Part shown: positions 47,477-55,787 of the stretch, in pieces
Layout of the letters: each line of letters begins with the position of its first letter
Numbering within the stretch: the first letter of the stretch is position 1
From: a virus
Lineage: Duplodnaviria; Heunggongvirae; Uroviricota; Caudoviricetes
IMG/VR virus record: IMGVR_UViG_3300014205_000176
Strand: one strand, 5' to 3'
DNA length: 64,000 bases
Program-made: the position numbers and the translations under genes
Notes under the pieces: model-generated
Told to the model about the DNA's origin: nothing
Databases searched by the model: none
The model's input: the letters and a program-made list of their open reading frames with translations, nothing else

Positions 47477-48340
47477 ATGTTATTGTGGACAAATGATATA
47501 CACCTGAACTTCTTGAAGCAAGATGACGGGGCGTTACGATTTGCTCAATATCTAATGGAAGAAAATCCGACGGCGGATGGATTGATAATCGCTGGAGATA
47601 TTTCTGATGGCAATCTTCTTGAGACTCATTTAACTCAGTTAGCTCAAGGGTTTCCTAAGCCAATATACCTAACCACTGGCAATCATGATTACTACCACAG
47701 TTCATTTGCCAAGATAGATGAATTAGTTACTGGTCTTACCAAGAAGTTTGATAATTTACATTGGCTCAATCAAGGCAATCATACTTACGAAGGCATCAGC
47801 ATCGTAGGTGTAGGTGGGTGGTATGATTCTCGTCAAGGAAATTGTAGGACTCGGGTTGAGCTTTCTGACTTCACGGCGATTGAAGACCTGTGGGGTGGAC
47901 TCAACTGTCGAGATCTGATGATTGACTTGGTACGAAAGCGAGCGGCCAAGGAAGCTGAGCGGCTCGACGAATTACTTTTTCAAGAAATGGTCGACGTTGA
48001 TGAAGATGTCGTTTTGGTAGCAACACATATCTCGCCGTATCCTGAGTCTTGCTGGCATAAAGGCAAACAGAGTGATCGCGAATGGTTGCCATGGTTCTGC
48101 AGTCACGTTACCGGAGAGGTCCTTGACAAATATGCCGAGAGCTTTCCTGGGAAGAAATTCGTAGTATTAGTAGGGCATGGTCATTCTCCTGGTATTTATG
48201 AAAGGCGTGATAATTTGATTGTGTATACTGGCGGCGCTATATATGGCTATCCAGATGTGGCAGGCACGATTGATGTCGTGTGTGGAAAAATTGTTTGTTA
48301 TAATTCTTTTGGTAAGAAAGTTGAAAGGACATTTCCATAA
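47477..48340 (+). CDS. calcineurin-like metallophosphoesterase
   Basis: NDIH, AGDISD, GNHDYY, THISP, GHGH. Confidence 0.9.
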   Translation: MLLWTNDIHLNFLKQDDGALRFAQYLMEENPTADGLIIAGDISDGNLLETHLTQLAQGFPKPIYLTTGNHDYYHSSFAKIDELVTGLTKKFDNLHWLNQGNHTYEGISIVGVGGWYDSRQGNCRTRVELSDFTAIEDLWGGLNCRDLMIDLVRKRAAKEAERLDELLFQEMVDVDEDVVLVATHISPYPESCWHKGKQSDREWLPWFCSHVTGEVLDKYAESFPGKKFVVLVGHGHSPGIYERRDNLIVYTGGAIYGYPDVAGTIDVVCGKIVCYNSFGKKVERTFP

Positions 48341-49219
48341 TGGGGAAAATATCGCAGTAATGACGGGGCGTTACGATTTGCTCAATGTCTAATGGAAGAA
48401 AATCCGACCGTGGACCTGAGCGGGGTTCCGGTAAGCAGTCATATCGAAAGTCTACAACAGAAAGAGGTCCCTAGTGGCAACTACAATCACTCTCAGCGCG
48501 GAATCAAAATTTGGATACAGAGGGCAATACATCGCTCGATTGCGAGGACGGGCGGCAAAGTTCGAGTTCGACCGTGATTTCATCGGAAACAAGTATGGTA
48601 AGCGGCTCGATTGCACTACCGTAGAGACCGACGAAACGGGTCTCTATGAAACTTGCGACGTCGGAAAGCACGGCAAAGACAAGTCGTACTACCTCGTTTT
48701 GCCGTGGAATGATGGCATCGTGCGTTTGGTGTCGGACCATGAGGACGCCTTGGCAATTGCTAAGCGCATGAGCGCTGGCGAGTGCATCGCAGACATCGTT
48801 GCGGTCGAACGTGGCGATGTCGTCATGGTGACGACCTACCCGCGGATTTGCGGCGCTTGCGGCGCAACGTGCGACGGGTGGACTTGCGCGTGTGGCTCGA
48901 CAGACGTTCATCAGCAGACGGTCCAGACCGCGAAACTCAAGGAAGACGGAAGCGAAGTCCACTCACTCGCCTACGTCATTCGCGGCAAATGCGAAGCGAA
49001 AAAGGCGATTGCAGCGGCTACGATCGATGGTGCAGCCCTGGCTATCGCCAATGTGCTTGTGGGGTTGCCGGCAGCGCAGCAGAAACAGGCCTTGGCGGCC
49101 GCAAAAGCTCGACTATTCCCAAAGGCCGAACCCCAACATGAAATTGTGAGCGAAGAATGAAACTTCGAGCCAATGGCACCGCGCGGTAAGTGAGGCAATC
49201 ATGGGGAAAATATCGCAGT
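48340..49219 (+). mobile_element. inserted gene cassette flanked by 19-bp direct repeats
   Basis: ATGGGGAAAATATCGCAGT at 48340-48358 and 49201-49219; encloses a 49-bp copy of 47523-47571 and a GC-rich ORF. Confidence 0.7.
48474..49160 (+). CDS. hypothetical protein with Zn ribbon (GC-rich)
   Basis: AAAGAGG RBS, GTG start; CGACG...CACG. Confidence 0.75.
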   Translation: MATTITLSAESKFGYRGQYIARLRGRAAKFEFDRDFIGNKYGKRLDCTTVETDETGLYETCDVGKHGKDKSYYLVLPWNDGIVRLVSDHEDALAIAKRMSAGECIADIVAVERGDVVMVTTYPRICGACGATCDGWTCACGSTDVHQQTVQTAKLKEDGSEVHSLAYVIRGKCEAKKAIAAATIDGAALAIANVLVGLPAAQQKQALAAAKARLFPKAEPQHEIVSEE

Positions 49220-49407
49220 TCTTACAGGCAGTAAAGGCAGGTCTGGTTCAAGAAATTCCACCTGAGTATCAAGCTTGTGAATCTTGTCGGCGGCCGAATT
49301 GCGATTCTGCAACGGCGGCAATGTGTGAACAACGGATTCTTGGAGAGAGGCAAGAGTCTCAGCGAAGGGTAGAATTGGTAGACGGAAAGGATAAGATTAT
49401 TGACTGA
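49201..49407 (+). CDS. small Cys-containing hypothetical protein
   Basis: ACESCRRPNC. Confidence 0.7.
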   Translation: MGKISQFLQAVKAGLVQEIPPEYQACESCRRPNCDSATAAMCEQRILGERQESQRRVELVDGKDKIID

Positions 49408-50164
49408 TTTTCTATTAGCAAACCGATGGGATAGAATATTGGATCCTACAGGGTGGTGGGTCTCTATTAAACTTGATGGTCACCGTGCTCATTGGGATGG
49501 CAAGCATTTTCGTAGTCGTGGCACAGATGGAAACTTCGGGCGTGTTATAGAGGCACCGGAATGGTTCATCAAAGGACTTCCTTATGAAGTGCTGGATGGT
49601 GAGTTGTATGCTGGGCGCGGTGAGATTGGAAAGGTAACTTCGGCAGTCAGTGGTAAGCGCGAACTTGATTGGAAAGCACTTACCTATTCAGTTTACGACG
49701 CCCCCGATTACCTGCAAGGATTTGAGCTACGTATTGCATATGCAAAGATGATCTTGAACCGAGCGGTTAACGCAAAGGTGATCGATTTTTGGGTATGCGA
49801 AAGTAAAGAGCAACTACTCGTACAGCTTGACAAGATTGTAGCTGAGGGTGGCGAAGGTTTGATGCTTCGCAAGCCTAACTCACGCTATGAGAAGAAGCGA
49901 AGCAACACACTGCTCAAGGTGAAGAAGCGATTCGACGCCGAGGCGGTAGTGACAGGACATATTGAGGGAACGCGCCCTGGACTTTGTGGTGCTCTGCAAG
50001 TGATGAACAAAGCAGGGCTGCAATTCAAGGTAGCGTCTGGAATGACCGAGGCAATGGCACACAATCCGCCGCCGATTGGAACGGTCATAACGTATGAATG
50101 GGAACTGCTGACTAAGGAAGGAATTCCGCGGCCGGCTATATTTGTAAGAATTCGGCAGGGTTAA
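49400..50164 (+). CDS. minimal ATP-dependent DNA ligase
   Basis: Motif I SIKLDGHRA, LDGELY, EGLMLRK, KRSNTLLKVK, C-terminal OB fold. Confidence 0.92.
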   Translation: MTDFLLANRWDRILDPTGWWVSIKLDGHRAHWDGKHFRSRGTDGNFGRVIEAPEWFIKGLPYEVLDGELYAGRGEIGKVTSAVSGKRELDWKALTYSVYDAPDYLQGFELRIAYAKMILNRAVNAKVIDFWVCESKEQLLVQLDKIVAEGGEGLMLRKPNSRYEKKRSNTLLKVKKRFDAEAVVTGHIEGTRPGLCGALQVMNKAGLQFKVASGMTEAMAHNPPPIGTVITYEWELLTKEGIPRPAIFVRIRQG

Positions 50165-50376
50165 TATGGAATTCGACGCACTCGTATTCAATCTCTTTGG
50201 TAATAAGACGATAGCTAAAATGATGGAACGCGATGGACTGCCTCACAATCGTTTGGTCAAGATGACAGCAGAGCGATTGTTTGAGTTGTCCAGGTTATAC
50301 GATGTGACGGTACGTATTCATACGACGACGCACATCTTCCTGGCACTACAAGCCACCTACCTACCGGGAGACTACA

Positions 50377-50895
50377 GTGAATAAGGGCGAAACTAAACTA
50401 CTTGATACATTCAAGCCGTTCATCAATGCCGCACAGGCTTTCGTTGATGAACATATTGTAGGCAATACTACAATGACGGTTCCAGATATTACTGCTGGGT
50501 TCATGGCCATCAACCAGTCACTTATTGGTGGAACAATCACACCGGTCGAGTTCGACAAGGGCTTTCGCCTAGCGATTCGTGAGAAGCTCATCACCGGTCT
50601 AGAGGTGGCTCAAGGCAAGGGCAAAGGTTACAAGAGAGAGGGAGTTGTCCTTCCGCGATCGGTAACCATCAGTCCGAAAGATTGGGATACGATACGTTAC
50701 CGGCTTCATCTCACATCTTCCGATGACTTGCCTGAAGTACTGGCCGCACTAGAGGCGGTTGCTCCAATAATCGAAGCTGCAATCGTTGGAGTTTCGGCAT
50801 TGAAGAGAGCTGGGATGCCACGATGTCTCTGCCCTGGTCCTGCCGGTCGTCATCATGAGACATGGTGTCCTTCCTACAAGTGTGTTGTTGAATAA
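50377..50895 (+). CDS. hypothetical protein
   Basis: 172 aa. Confidence 0.7.
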   Translation: MNKGETKLLDTFKPFINAAQAFVDEHIVGNTTMTVPDITAGFMAINQSLIGGTITPVEFDKGFRLAIREKLITGLEVAQGKGKGYKREGVVLPRSVTISPKDWDTIRYRLHLTSSDDLPEVLAALEAVAPIIEAAIVGVSALKRAGMPRCLCPGPAGRHHETWCPSYKCVVE

Positions 50896-50957
50896 TCGGC
50901 TAGCCGGCACAATCCAGCCATCCGATTTGTATCGCTAATCATCAGTCTTAATTAGCA

Positions 50958-50985
50958 TTGACAAATCTTCTGTTCCGCAGATAAT
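50958..50985 (+). promoter_or_regulatory. possible sigma70-type promoter
   Basis: TTGACA-16 bp-GATAAT upstream of the FtsK-like gene. Confidence 0.5.
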
Positions 50986-51001
50986 GATTGGAATAAGTGC
51001 C

Positions 51002-52060
51002 ATGTCTATCCAAGCCGAAATGAATAATGTATTGAATGAACTTGGCATTGATGGAGAATGCATCCGTGCAGAAGCCCACCGCCATCTAGCCTACTACGAC
51101 ATCAAGCTGGCTTGCCGACCATCAGCGCTCGGCAAGCTACAGCGCAGTGCCATGGCCATTGCATTAGCGATCAAGTCACAGACTGTCCCTCTAATGCGGC
51201 TCGTGCCCGAGAAAGGAATTGTGCGGTTGCAGGTAGCACTCAGCAAAGCTCAGCCGATTCCGTTCACTAATCTTCTCAAAGGCGAACAGATCCCGGACCA
51301 TATGGTGTTCCCGATGCTTCTGGGAGAGAGTGATGAGGGCAGTAAGTTGTGGATGGATATGAATAACAATCCACATCTACTGATTGCTGGCAGCACTGGG
51401 TCCGGCAAGTCAACTCTGCTTCATGCGCTGATTGCGAATGGTTTGATTCTTCATGCCAAGAACGTTCGCAACGTACATATCTACCTCAATGACCCAAAGA
51501 AAACTGAGTTTCAAGAATACACCAGTGACCTTAGCGACACCATCAAAGAGGTTGCCTCTACCTATAGCGATACGTTGAGTCAATTGAATTATCTTGCACA
51601 AGTAATGGAAGACCGGTACGCTTTGATGAGTGAGATTAAGATACGCAGCATTGAGGAGAACCCTCGGCGTCTACCTCTCATATTGTGTATTGTTGATGAG
51701 GTTGCCGACCTGATGCTACAGGACAGGGGCCGCAAGCTCGAAGCCTTGATTGTCCGGCTTGCGCAGAAGGGTCGCGCTGCTGGCATCTTCATGGTGTTAG
51801 CAACGCAGCGCCCGAGCGTCAAGGTTATCACTGGTGAAATCAAAGCCAATTTTCCAGGACGAATTGCTTGCAAGACCGCATCTAAAGTTGACAGCATGGT
51901 GATTCTAGACCGTGTTGGCGCAGAAACCTTGCTGGGCCGAGGCGATGCGGTTCTCAAGAATCAACAATTTGAAAGCTTGCGTTTCCAAGTAGCGTATACC
52001 ACCCCAACCATTAACAAACTAATTTTCAAAAGTTTCCTAGAGAGAAGGACACACTCATGA
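51002..52060 (+). CDS. FtsK/SpoIIIE-domain ATPase (no membrane domain)
   Basis: PHLLIAGSTGSGKS, DPKKTEF, IVDEVADLM, GRAAGIFMVLATQRPS, GAETLLGRGD. Confidence 0.9.
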   Translation: MSIQAEMNNVLNELGIDGECIRAEAHRHLAYYDIKLACRPSALGKLQRSAMAIALAIKSQTVPLMRLVPEKGIVRLQVALSKAQPIPFTNLLKGEQIPDHMVFPMLLGESDEGSKLWMDMNNNPHLLIAGSTGSGKSTLLHALIANGLILHAKNVRNVHIYLNDPKKTEFQEYTSDLSDTIKEVASTYSDTLSQLNYLAQVMEDRYALMSEIKIRSIEENPRRLPLILCIVDEVADLMLQDRGRKLEALIVRLAQKGRAAGIFMVLATQRPSVKVITGEIKANFPGRIACKTASKVDSMVILDRVGAETLLGRGDAVLKNQQFESLRFQVAYTTPTINKLIFKSFLERRTHS

Positions 52061-52674
52061 CCACAGTAAAGATCCATTACCTCGGAGAAATTGAAACCGC
52101 AACGGGTAAAGCGCACGATGGTTGGACTGGTGGATTTAAGTACAATGGCCACCGCGTAGATGTTCGGCGCGTTGAGCCAACTACCTTGGAGCTTGACATC
52201 TGTCCATTCACTAAACTGAGCGTGGGCTGGGGAGATCGTGGTGCATCAGCTGCCGATCTGGCTATCTGGGGTGAGACCGCCAATGGTAGTGTAGAATATT
52301 CGGCGAAGCATGGCCTGTGCATCAACGGTTACTTCGTGAAAGATTCTGTGTTGGAATTGCGAGCCATGGAGATTCACTCGGCAATAGTTGCGGCGGCTCA
52401 ATTGGCGGAAGAGACACGGCCGAATGTATCTGCCGTCTGCGCACAGTACCGCTCCATTTTGAAGTCAATTGCTGAAGAGCACGAGCGGCATTACGCGCAG
52501 TGGAAATCTAACCTTCCCAAGATTGCTCGTAAGTTCCGACGCAAGAAGGTGCTGGTTGGAGAGCAAACCGTTCCTGGGAAATGCTGCGTAAGGAGTGTTC
52601 GTGGGAACCTACTCGGTTACGTTGATATTTGGAACGGCAAGTGGCTTGAAACTGTGGAAAGAATTACAGCCTAA
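52057..52674 (+). CDS. hypothetical protein
   Basis: 205 aa, ATGA overlap. Confidence 0.7.
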   Translation: MTTVKIHYLGEIETATGKAHDGWTGGFKYNGHRVDVRRVEPTTLELDICPFTKLSVGWGDRGASAADLAIWGETANGSVEYSAKHGLCINGYFVKDSVLELRAMEIHSAIVAAAQLAEETRPNVSAVCAQYRSILKSIAEEHERHYAQWKSNLPKIARKFRRKKVLVGEQTVPGKCCVRSVRGNLLGYVDIWNGKWLETVERITA

Positions 52675-52890
52675 CGGAATCACCATGAACAAAACACTAG
52701 CACTCATCAAAGCTTCGCAGCTGAGGGAAGAGGCAGAGCTTGCTCTCTCGGCTATTGATTGGAAAGCCCTGCCACTGCTGTTCAAACAGCTAGGTAGTCA
52801 GCTAGCGGCTGTGCGTGGGCTTTGCTCCGAGATTGTTGGCCGGACCGGAGCGTGGCTGGCTCTCACTGATACGGTTGATAGGGTGATGTC

Positions 52891-53157
52891 ATGATTCACT
52901 GGAGCATACGCAACGTACAGATTCGTTCTCGAAAATTGAATGAACAGCTTGTGCAGAAGTTGCAAGAAGCTCACGTCGTATTCGTTCAGATGACGGAAAT
53001 CCAAGAGAAAGTACGGCGTGGAGAGTTGGCCGCTGAGAAAGCGAAAGCATCCTTGGAGCAGGCGGAGGCGTTTCATGCGGCGGCGATGAATGCCTGCTCA
53101 CAACTACTGGTTGACAGAGTGGCTCTATTCGACCCGTTCATAAAGGTCGAGCCATGA
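52891..53157 (+). CDS. hypothetical protein
   Basis: Packed ORF. Confidence 0.6.
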   Translation: MIHWSIRNVQIRSRKLNEQLVQKLQEAHVVFVQMTEIQEKVRRGELAAEKAKASLEQAEAFHAAAMNACSQLLVDRVALFDPFIKVEP

Positions 53158-53423
53158 TCACTTCGGTCAAAGAGCTACACACCACAATTGAACGCGCCGA
53201 CTACCAATTCTACAATTACTTGATTTGCAAGGTACGAACTGGTGGATCAATTCGGTACGATCTCTATCGAGTTTGGTTGAGCAATCGCAGCGACAGAACT
53301 CTGCTCAAACGCCTTGGATGTGCGCTGCCCCTGGGTCACTGCCGAAGATTGATTCGTGAGCAAGAACCTAATGGAACTGTGGTTGTTTCTCACCGAGCCT
53401 CGCCACAAAGGATTTCAAGATGA
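53154..53423 (+). CDS. hypothetical protein
   Basis: ATGA overlaps on both sides. Confidence 0.65.
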   Translation: MITSVKELHTTIERADYQFYNYLICKVRTGGSIRYDLYRVWLSNRSDRTLLKRLGCALPLGHCRRLIREQEPNGTVVVSHRASPQRISR

Positions 53424-53950
53424 CACGCTATCTTACTATCGAACAAGATATCACCACAATGAAGGTTGACTGCATCGTCAATGCGGCCAACAACCGAATG
53501 CTAGGTGGCGGCGGAGTTGATGGATCAATTCATCGTGCTGCCGGTACAAACCTGGTAGAGGCCTGCTCAATCATCCCCGAAGTATCCAAGGGAGTTCGGT
53601 GCCCTACTGGCCATGTGCGAATCACTCCAGCGTTCAAGCTGCCATGCAAGTTCGTGATCCATACCGCAGGCCCCATATGGAAAGATGGAACGCACAACGA
53701 AGCTGAGTTTCTTGCTTCGTGTTATCGGCGGTCATTGCAGTTGGCGGCGCTGCATGGAAAGTCGGTAGCGATACCGGCAATCAGTACGGGTATCTTCCAG
53801 TTCCCGATTGAGCAAGCTTGTCACATTGCGGTGCGTGAAGTGGAAGCGTTCATGCAATGCGACTCGGACCTTGAGGATATCTACTTGGTGACATTCATGT
53901 CCGATGAAGTCTCGGAGTGCTTTGCGGAGATGGGAGTACAACATGGCTGA
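53420..53950 (+). CDS. MacroD-type macrodomain (ADP-ribosyl hydrolase / O-acetyl-ADPr deacetylase)
   Basis: IVNAANNRMLGGGGVDGSIHRAAG, VIHTAGP, AIPAISTGIFQFP. Confidence 0.92.
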   Translation: MTRYLTIEQDITTMKVDCIVNAANNRMLGGGGVDGSIHRAAGTNLVEACSIIPEVSKGVRCPTGHVRITPAFKLPCKFVIHTAGPIWKDGTHNEAEFLASCYRRSLQLAALHGKSVAIPAISTGIFQFPIEQACHIAVREVEAFMQCDSDLEDIYLVTFMSDEVSECFAEMGVQHG

Positions 53951-54242
53951 CGACAAAGATAAGGGCTTCATTGTAATGGGTCCTGAGTTGCCAAATGGCG
54001 GGCGCGCTGCCATTCATGTTGACAAGGAAGGGGTTCACCACGGCGAGATGTTCCGCGAAGGCGAGGCTCCCGAATGTGCAGAGGGAGAACTCACCAGGAT
54101 CAGGACCGAACAAATTGCCGGGCCAATCTATCAAGTCACCGAAGAAGAGCCGATTGGAAAGCCTTTGATGGTAAACTCTTTGGATTATCGAAATAATTGG
54201 AATAACATCTTTGGTAAGAAACAAGACGTTGGAGAAGCATAA
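53943..54242 (+). CDS. hypothetical protein
   Basis: GGAG RBS before ATG at 53943. Confidence 0.7.
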   Translation: MADDKDKGFIVMGPELPNGGRAAIHVDKEGVHHGEMFREGEAPECAEGELTRIRTEQIAGPIYQVTEEEPIGKPLMVNSLDYRNNWNNIFGKKQDVGEA

Positions 54243-54736
54243 TGTTAGAAATACAACTTCGAAAAATCGAGAACGGTCGCGAATACCACCTGACTGGTGC
54301 TCACATCGAGTCGCTCCCGCAAATGTTTGGTATACAGCTCGCCAACACAAAATACGCTTTGGTACACGCAGAGCCTGAGCTGGCGGTGCTCTACGAGTTT
54401 CGCGGGCTGATGTTGCGCGGACACGGAGAGGCCTGGGGTACGTCGCTCACACTTTATGGACCAGTTGATCCGCGAATCAACTCGCAGATCGATCCCGGCG
54501 GTAGCCGGCCAAACATGCCGGCGACGATCGTGTGGCACGACGAGATCTGGGATCGCGATGCGATAAACCGCCTCGGCACGAAAGGCGCGATATGTAGTGT
54601 GCCAAATGATGAACGAATCGAGGAAGCGCGTAAACAGCTATTTGCGCGGGCCGAACAATATTCGAGGACTGGTGGTTGGCCGCACTGGTTCGACAGGACC
54701 GAGCTTGAGTTAGCGAATAACGATAACGATGAATAG
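54242..54736 (+). CDS. hypothetical protein (GC-rich)
   Basis: TAATG overlap; C/G-ending codons. Confidence 0.7.
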   Translation: MLEIQLRKIENGREYHLTGAHIESLPQMFGIQLANTKYALVHAEPELAVLYEFRGLMLRGHGEAWGTSLTLYGPVDPRINSQIDPGGSRPNMPATIVWHDEIWDRDAINRLGTKGAICSVPNDERIEEARKQLFARAEQYSRTGGWPHWFDRTELELANNDNDE

Positions 54737-55132
54737 TTCCCAGGAAGAAAAACAATGCCGAAGTTCGACGGCTGCTGCGTGAAGCTAATAGTTCTAGAGC
54801 ATTGTCTTCACGGAATTGGGCAGAGCAAAATTTGAGATTGTCGCTGAGGCACTTGATCATCTGGTCTTGAAGAAACGCAAGAAGAACATTTGGAGCGCGC
54901 AGAACCTACTTGGGTAGTGAACTTTGTTATTGTATGGAGAGGCTTCTTGTGATAAGGTATTCTGGATTAGCGAAATGGTCTTTGGCTCAGTGACCGACAA
55001 CGGACCTGGGTTGTTGTGATCCTCGGATGTCTGGCGCATCTCGGGCTCATTCATTATGTCCTGAGGGGAATGGTTCATATGAAGCATATCACTTACATGC
55101 CGTGTAGTTGGGTCTCAATGGAGAAGTAATTA

Positions 55133-55393
55133 GTGACGCAGCGCAAACCCAACGACAGCTCGAAGCATCCAAGGATCGTAGGCCCCGATGATGAAGGACG
55201 GCTCTGCGTCAAGTATTCACGGAAGTTTTGGACGCTGATGGGTGCTTGGTGCAATTTCGAACTCAGTGCAGATCTCATCAGTCTGCGTCACTACCGACAC
55301 CTTTACACCGAAGGTAATCCCTGGAATCCAGTACATACCAAGGACTTCTGGGCTTGGTACCAAGAGAAGAACAATGGCAAAAGTAAAAGCTGA
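55133..55393 (+). CDS. hypothetical protein
   Basis: 86 aa. Confidence 0.55.
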   Translation: MTQRKPNDSSKHPRIVGPDDEGRLCVKYSRKFWTLMGAWCNFELSADLISLRHYRHLYTEGNPWNPVHTKDFWAWYQEKNNGKSKS

Positions 55394-55733
55394 ATCAACC
55401 GTATCTACCTCCATGCCAAACGAAGAAGCTGTCATCCCGGTCGTTGGAATGGGCGTCACTGGCTTGGGCTACACCGATCGCTACCCATATACGGTGATCG
55501 AAGTCATCGACGACAAAACCCTTCGCATCCAAGAGGACAAGGCCACTCGCACCGACACCAACGGCATGAGCGAGAGCCAATCATACGACTACGAAGCCGA
55601 CCCAAAGGGTAAGATCTTGACCATCGTCCTTCGGAAGAACGGCCAATGGCATGTGAAAATCCCGAAAGTCGTCCCCGAAGCTACTCGCTTCCAGGTGGGC
55701 GTCCGTCGCAAGTATCACGACTACAGCTTCTGA
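55374..55733 (+). CDS. conserved phage hypothetical protein
   Basis: VGMGVT..GYTDRYPYTVIEV...GVRRKYHDYSF. Confidence 0.8.
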   Translation: MAKVKAESTVSTSMPNEEAVIPVVGMGVTGLGYTDRYPYTVIEVIDDKTLRIQEDKATRTDTNGMSESQSYDYEADPKGKILTIVLRKNGQWHVKIPKVVPEATRFQVGVRRKYHDYSF

Positions 55734-55787
55734 AAAACTATCATTCCAAACTCTATCAGAATATAGCTGTGTTCAGAAAGAAAACAA

